This document shows positions 45,228-49,962 of a stretch of 49,962 bases of DNA, in pieces. The stretch is taken from positions 1 through 49,962 of the forward strand of contig CAZPLH010000001.1 of assembly GCA_964587465.1 (NCBI GenBank), written 5' to 3'. Origin of the DNA: an uncultured Candidatus Saccharibacteria bacterium (GTDB taxonomy: Bacteria; Patescibacteriota; Saccharimonadia; Saccharimonadales; CAIOMD01). The notes under the pieces were generated by a model. The model saw only the letters and a program-made list of their open reading frames with translations. It had not been told where the DNA came from and ran no database searches. The position numbers and the translations under genes were made by a program. The first letter of the stretch is position 1; each line of letters starts with the position of its first letter.

Positions 45228-46214
45228 TTACCGGTGTTTGTTCAAACGATTTATCAGTTTACGGTAGCTTTTTTCAGTCGGTTCGGCTATTGTGCGTCGC
45301 CACCACGCACGGAGCGGCCAGCCACGCTTACGTTGCCATTCAAAGAATGCGTTTGCTGCAACATATGCCAAAACTGCGTACAAAAAACCAAGAAGAACAT
45401 CGATGATATAGTGTTCGCCTAAGTAAACTACCCCGAGCCACAGACTTGCCGGGTACGCCCACACCCACCAGGTCTTTTTTAGCCCGTACAATCGGTTAAT
45501 AAAAAGCGCGAACAAGGTAGGGTATGCCGAATGTAGACTTGGCACTGCCGCGACAGGGTTCGGAGATAAGTTCGCATAAAAACTCGAAAAGTCTTTAATG
45601 CCCATCGCCCACCAAATATCGCTTGAAATACGGCGGATTTTTTCTATGTAACCAAGTTCACTGGCCATCCACGGTGGTGCAGCCGGAAATAACAAATACG
45701 TTATAAACGCTGCGTAGCTCAGTATTAAAAGTGCCAGCATAAATTGCCAATACATGCGGTCACCAAATTTTTTCCAAATCAGCACGCCCAGCGCAATCGG
45801 CATTAAAAAGTGAATCGTATACAAAAAGTAAAAGTAAAAATCGTACCACCTTAGGCTTCCGTGCCACATGTGTTGTTGCAGCCATGCAGTCGGGAGTCGT
45901 CCAGCACCCAACCATTCATCAAACCGTATCATTTCCCAGAAATGAACATTGGTATTTAAGTGCGGTACGATGCTTCGAAAGCCTTCGTATGCCAAAAGTA
46001 AAATTACCAGTGGTGCAAATCGCAATAAGAAAGGCCTGGCTTGTCCAAACACTGCAAATATTACGAGTAACGCTACAAATAACGTGTCTGGCGTCCAGAA
46101 CGTTCGCTCGCCAACCAATAAAGCCGCTGCAATTATAAGCACTACGGCACGAACACCGTTTTGCCACGTTAACAGCTTTCTTTTTTGTATCTTCTTTTTC
46201 GAAACCATTGCCAA
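45228..46214 (-). CDS. PAP2 superfamily membrane protein (PAP2_C / inositol-phosphorylceramide-synthase-like)
   Basis: 'VPSLHSAYP' and 'GEHYIIDVLLG' match the C2/C3 motifs of the PAP2_C branch. Polytopic. Confidence 0.6.
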   Translation of the reverse strand: MAMVSKKKIQKRKLLTWQNGVRAVVLIIAAALLVGERTFWTPDTLFVALLVIFAVFGQARPFLLRFAPLVILLLAYEGFRSIVPHLNTNVHFWEMIRFDEWLGAGRLPTAWLQQHMWHGSLRWYDFYFYFLYTIHFLMPIALGVLIWKKFGDRMYWQFMLALLILSYAAFITYLLFPAAPPWMASELGYIEKIRRISSDIWWAMGIKDFSSFYANLSPNPVAAVPSLHSAYPTLFALFINRLYGLKKTWWVWAYPASLWLGVVYLGEHYIIDVLLGFLYAVLAYVAANAFFEWQRKRGWPLRAWWRRTIAEPTEKSYRKLINRLNKHR

Positions 46215-46224
46215 CTAGTATAGC

Positions 46225-46608
46225 TTACTTTTGCTTTCGCTCGAGCTCTTCAATGCGGTCGTGATTCAGGCCAAAATAATGCGCAACTTCATGCCACACG
46301 GTATTTTTAATCTGCGCCACAAGCTCCTCGTGGTTCGCTGCAAACTGCATATGCGGATTCTGGAATATGGTTATGCGGTCAGGTAGGGTAAGCGCGTAAC
46401 CACCGCGCCGTTCAGTAAGAGGCACCCCTTGGTATAGACCAAACAATGACTGGCATGGACGCAGGCCAAGTGACTTGCGTTGTTCGTCGTCAGGCTCATC
46501 TTCAACCATAAAGGCAACATTCTTAATTGCTTCGAGTCGTTCTTCAGGTAATGACTTAATTGCGTCAGTTACAAGTTTTTCAAACTCAGGTTTTTCAACG
46601 TGATACAT
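46225..46608 (-). CDS. Zincin_1-type metallopeptidase family protein
   Basis: 'FEKLVTDAIKSLPEE', 'AFMVEDEP', 'LFGLYQGVPLTER' and 'VWHEVAHYFGLNHDRIEELE'. The start is placed at Met 46608 to leave room for divergent promoters. Confidence 0.7.
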   Translation of the reverse strand: MYHVEKPEFEKLVTDAIKSLPEERLEAIKNVAFMVEDEPDDEQRKSLGLRPCQSLFGLYQGVPLTERRGGYALTLPDRITIFQNPHMQFAANHEELVAQIKNTVWHEVAHYFGLNHDRIEELERKQK

Positions 46609-46664
46609 GTACACCAGTGTAGCATTGCGACCACTACCTTCAGAGCGTATACTTTTCACTAAGC

Positions 46665-47549
46665 ATGAGCGTTATTGAATTTTCAAATGTCACGAAGCGG
46701 TTCAAGAAATTTACCGCTGTCGACAGCATTTTCCTGCAAGTTAACCAGGGCGAAATTATCGGATTTGTCGGCCCGAACGGAGCAGGCAAAACTACCACCA
46801 TTAGTATGCTTTTGGGTTTTTTGGGCGCTACAGAAGGCGTTGTTAAGCTACAGGGCAGTGAGGTACACCCAGCCGTGGCGCACTCTCAGCATCATACACT
46901 CGGCTATGCAGCCGGTGACATGGCACTGTTCGACAACTTAACCGGCGCACAGTACCTTGCGTACTTTGCTAATCAGTATGGCTCAAATGCCTCACAAGCA
47001 GTGCTCATTAAGGCGCTCGCACCTAAACTTACCGTGCCTCTTAAGCAGCTTTCACGAGGAAATAAGCAGAAAATTGCCATAATCGCAGCCTTACAGCATC
47101 AGCCCGAGGTTATTGTGCTCGACGAGCCAACGAGTGGGCTCGATCCGCTTATGCAAAAAGTATTTCTAGAGCTCATTTTGGCTGAAAAAGCTCGCGGAGC
47201 CACCGTATTTATGTCATCTCATATTCTTACTGAAGTATCTGAAGTTTCCGACCGAGTCATTTTTATGCGTGAAGGCAAAATAATTATCGACCAATCCATG
47301 GCAGAAGTGCGCGGGAAACAGGGTAAACAGGTGACGATTATGGGCATTAAAAAACTTAGTCAGGATGCACTCCCTAAGGGCTCAACTGACGTAACGTACG
47401 ATTCTACCTCGCTTTCATTCCGATTTAGTGGCGAGCCAAAATCCCTTGCAGCGTGGTTGGCCAAGCAAAAATACACTGATTTCACCGTAGAGACCATCGC
47501 GCTCGACACGCTATTTGAGCATTTATATGAAAGCGAGTCGTCACTATGA
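46665..47549 (+). CDS. ABC transporter ATP-binding protein
   Basis: Walker A 'GPNGAGKTT', signature 'LSRGNKQK' and Walker B 'VIVLDEPTSGLD'. Confidence 0.9.
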   Translation: MSVIEFSNVTKRFKKFTAVDSIFLQVNQGEIIGFVGPNGAGKTTTISMLLGFLGATEGVVKLQGSEVHPAVAHSQHHTLGYAAGDMALFDNLTGAQYLAYFANQYGSNASQAVLIKALAPKLTVPLKQLSRGNKQKIAIIAALQHQPEVIVLDEPTSGLDPLMQKVFLELILAEKARGATVFMSSHILTEVSEVSDRVIFMREGKIIIDQSMAEVRGKQGKQVTIMGIKKLSQDALPKGSTDVTYDSTSLSFRFSGEPKSLAAWLAKQKYTDFTVETIALDTLFEHLYESESSL

Positions 47550-48340
47550 TGCACTCTGCATTCACTAAAACGCTGTATGACAAGCGATGGTTCGTACTAG
47601 GCTGGTCGGCGGCATTTGGGTTCATGTCGCTCTTGGTAGTCGTCTTTTACCCCTCATTTAGCAGCACATTTCAGTTCGACCAACTCGCAAGTCAGCTACC
47701 GCCAGCATTTCAAGGGCTTATAGGTGACGCAGCAAATCTTAAAACGCTTTCAGGATACATAGCCGAACAGCTTTTTAACATCCGCATTCCACTATTTATG
47801 ATAATAATGTCAATTGTGCTCGGTCTTGGGCTCTCTATAAGTGACGAAGAATCAGGTAGAACACGCACGCTTCTTATGGCTCCAACAAGTCGGACTGTAT
47901 TGCTACTTCACAAAATTGCAGCTGCAATTGTAATTGTTGGTGCAATTTCACTCGCGACAGTGCTGTTTTTGTACCTCGGCATATTCATTATTCGCGAATC
48001 TGCCCCGCATGCACTTATTTGGGAGCTTTTTGGGCTGTCGTGGATATTCGGAGCAACGGCAGTTACGGTCGTGATTAGCATAGGCCACGCAATTGGCGAA
48101 CGAGCGCCGACAACAGGCATCGCACTCGTCATAACCATTGGTAGCTTTATTCTTACGACGTTTGGAGCAGCGGTAAGCTGGCTAAAACCATACGAGCGTG
48201 TATCGCTACTGCATTATTACGACGCAACAGGGCTAAGTAAGCATACTTTTCACCCATCACACCTATGGATACTCTTAAACGTTGCCGTACTGGCAGTAAT
48301 AATTGCCGTTGTTCGTTTTCGCGTTCGTGATTTGCACTAA
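47546..48340 (+). CDS. ABC-2 type transporter permease
   Basis: 264 aa, about 6 TM. ATGA overlap with the ATPase gene. Confidence 0.7.
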   Translation: MMHSAFTKTLYDKRWFVLGWSAAFGFMSLLVVVFYPSFSSTFQFDQLASQLPPAFQGLIGDAANLKTLSGYIAEQLFNIRIPLFMIIMSIVLGLGLSISDEESGRTRTLLMAPTSRTVLLLHKIAAAIVIVGAISLATVLFLYLGIFIIRESAPHALIWELFGLSWIFGATAVTVVISIGHAIGERAPTTGIALVITIGSFILTTFGAAVSWLKPYERVSLLHYYDATGLSKHTFHPSHLWILLNVAVLAVIIAVVRFRVRDLH

Positions 48341-48816
48341 TCTATTTTTGTAAGGCCCCTAAGTTCTGCAAGAGCCGCCTCGGGATTATCGAGTCCAATA
48401 AGCCGAATTGTTTCGGCATTTGTCATCATACTTAAGTCGAGCGTTATGTTACCGTAGCCGAGCTTTGCGCCCATAAAGGTTTGGTCCATTCGCATACCAG
48501 TTACATGCGCCATATCGTAGATTTTCTTTTGCTTAGCGCCAAAAGCACCGCGCTCGATGATAATGGAATCTTTCGTGGCGTAATATCGAACTTTTTTCGA
48601 ATTGGTGTATGCCACAAGTAGCGCCAAAACAATAAGTAGGATTACAATCCAGCGTGCAAGTCGTGTCAGCCCACTGGCATCAAACGAGGCAAAATCATCG
48701 AATGCCCTAAAAAGACTCGTCGAAAATATAAGCAATACTAATCCACCAGCCCCAATAACTATGCTCTGAATAAGAAATGGTTTGGTACTTTGAGTAAATT
48801 CTATTTTTTGATTCAT
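48337..48816 (-). CDS. Membrane-anchored bacterial PH domain protein (bPH_2/DUF304)
   Basis: Two TM helices followed by 'YYATKDSIIIERGAFGAKQKKIYDMAHVTGMRMDQTFMGAKLGYGNITLD'. The Met at 48816 is preferred over the track start at 48885. Confidence 0.6.
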   Translation of the reverse strand: MNQKIEFTQSTKPFLIQSIVIGAGGLVLLIFSTSLFRAFDDFASFDASGLTRLARWIVILLIVLALLVAYTNSKKVRYYATKDSIIIERGAFGAKQKKIYDMAHVTGMRMDQTFMGAKLGYGNITLDLSMMTNAETIRLIGLDNPEAALAELRGLTKID

Positions 48817-48893
48817 GCCTTGATTATAAAACACTTTTCGTTTCAGTAGCGTGAGTTTGCGAAGGTTGTTACTTTGGGCTACCATATACAGAT

Positions 48894-49595
48894 ATGAAAC
48901 TACACAAACCTACACGCGAAGAACACCGTTCGCATCGTTCACCCTGGCTCCGCGCGGCCGTACTAGGCGCAAATGACGGTATTATCTCTACCACTAGTAT
49001 TATGCTCGGTGTGGCAGCTGCAAATACCTCTCCGGCTGTTGTACTAACTGCAGGTTTTGCTTCACTCACCGCAGGCGCCATTAGTATGGCAGTGGGTGAA
49101 TACGTATCGGTAAGCTCACAAAAAGATAGTGAAAAAGCTGATCTTGAAATTGAAAAACGCGAACTGCAACACTACGAGCAAGAAGAGCTTGAAGAACTCG
49201 AGCAAATTTATATTGATCGCGGCCTTAGTAAGGGACTCGCTAAAAAAGTAGCCTTAGAACTGCACGAGCACGACGCACTTGCCGCACATGCCCGCGATGA
49301 ACTTGGCATCGATAAAGACGAGCTGTCAGACCCAATGCAAGCTGCTATTAGCTCGGCAATTTCGTTCGCGCTTGGTGCGTCACTACCAATCATTGCGAGC
49401 GTCTTAGCCCCAGCAGGGCATAAGTCGGTCGTAATTATTGTTGCCGCCCTCATAACGCTCTGTATCACAGGGGCAGTTGGAGCCTACGTCGGTGGTGGTA
49501 GCAAATTCGTTGCTGCGCTTCGTGTATTTATTGGCGGTGCCGCTGCCATGGGAATCACCGCACTTATCGGTAATCTTGTTGGCCAAAACCTTTAA
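48894..49595 (+). CDS. VIT1/CCC1 family iron/manganese transporter
   Basis: 'WLRAAVLGANDGIISTTSIMLGVAAA', an acidic cytoplasmic helix bundle and C-terminal TM helices. Confidence 0.85.
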   Translation: MKLHKPTREEHRSHRSPWLRAAVLGANDGIISTTSIMLGVAAANTSPAVVLTAGFASLTAGAISMAVGEYVSVSSQKDSEKADLEIEKRELQHYEQEELEELEQIYIDRGLSKGLAKKVALELHEHDALAAHARDELGIDKDELSDPMQAAISSAISFALGASLPIIASVLAPAGHKSVVIIVAALITLCITGAVGAYVGGGSKFVAALRVFIGGAAAMGITALIGNLVGQNL

Positions 49596-49948
49596 ATGTC
49601 GGTATCTTCACCTAGGAGCTTTTTAAGTCGATCCCTAATACTGCCTGGGTGGCGCCCGAATTCATGAGTAAGTTCAGATACTTTTTTGCCTTTGCCAAAG
49701 AGTTTTAAAAGCTGCGCATCGTCAGCTTCAGTCCATGGTGTATAAGCATTCGGGTAGTCATGGCGCATTTTTTCGAGCTTTTCAGCCCAGCTAGAACCAG
49801 TTTTGGGCTTTTTAGCCACCTTGGTTCGAGTTTTATTGCGCGCCTCCCAGTCCAAAAAGTAATTCTCGTGTTCTACTACGGCAACCGCACTTTTATGGCG
49901 CAATTCTTCGTCAATTTGTTTTGCAAGTGGACTTACTCGCAAAGCCAT
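49592..49948 (-). CDS. Hypothetical protein with a C-terminal Myb/HTH-like segment
   Basis: 'WTEADDAQLLKLFGKGKKVSELTHEFGRHPGSIRDRLKKL'. The start is close to the window edge. Confidence 0.45.
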   Translation of the reverse strand: MALRVSPLAKQIDEELRHKSAVAVVEHENYFLDWEARNKTRTKVAKKPKTGSSWAEKLEKMRHDYPNAYTPWTEADDAQLLKLFGKGKKVSELTHEFGRHPGSIRDRLKKLLGEDTDI

Positions 49949-49962
49949 GCCGTTTAAGCCAT

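Overview
The window is a gene-dense, about 90% coding stretch of housekeeping chromosome. By gene content, small protein sizes and synteny it looks like a reduced-genome Patescibacteria/CPR organism, possibly Saccharimonadia-like. That taxonomic call is inference, not proof. TGA is used as a stop codon and the tRNA-Trp has a CCA anticodon, so the code is standard.

Recognisable core genes:
- An alpha-glucan module (GH15 partial, GH57, GT4).
- tRNA-Trp.
- secE-nusG-rplK-rplA, and a separate rplJ-rplL pair.
- A pyrimidine dNTP cluster (dcd, tmk, a Tmk-like/ThyX-like fusion) plus tdk.
- dnaX, dnaB, ybaB, recR, nrnA-like and cysS.
- Two PimA-like GT4 glycosyltransferases with an alpha/beta hydrolase.
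- The complete F1Fo ATP synthase operon (atpBEFHAGDC).
- An ABC-2 exporter and a VIT1 transporter.

I found no CRISPR array, rRNA, transposase or integrase.

Points most worth a second look:
1. The normally invariant secE-nusG-rplK-rplA-rplJ-rplL array is interrupted by orphan ORFs. One is translationally coupled between L11 and L1. About 5.7 kb of accessory genes lie between rplA and rplJ.
2. The dcd-tmk operon ends in a 485-aa protein that reads like a P-loop-less thymidylate kinase fused to a ThyX fold without its RHRxxS signature.
3. An orphan gene with a KwaB/DUF4868-like sequence pattern has no KwaA. It is flanked by a divergent 45-aa ORF, a 294-nt ORF-free spacer and an 89-aa ORF.
4. 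Two small, visibly G+C-rich single-gene cassettes each carry their own GC-rich hairpin, suggesting recent import from a high-GC donor.
5. An alpha/beta hydrolase is split by a 1-nt frameshift at a C4/G4 run.

All functional calls come from reading motifs in the supplied translations. No database search was run.
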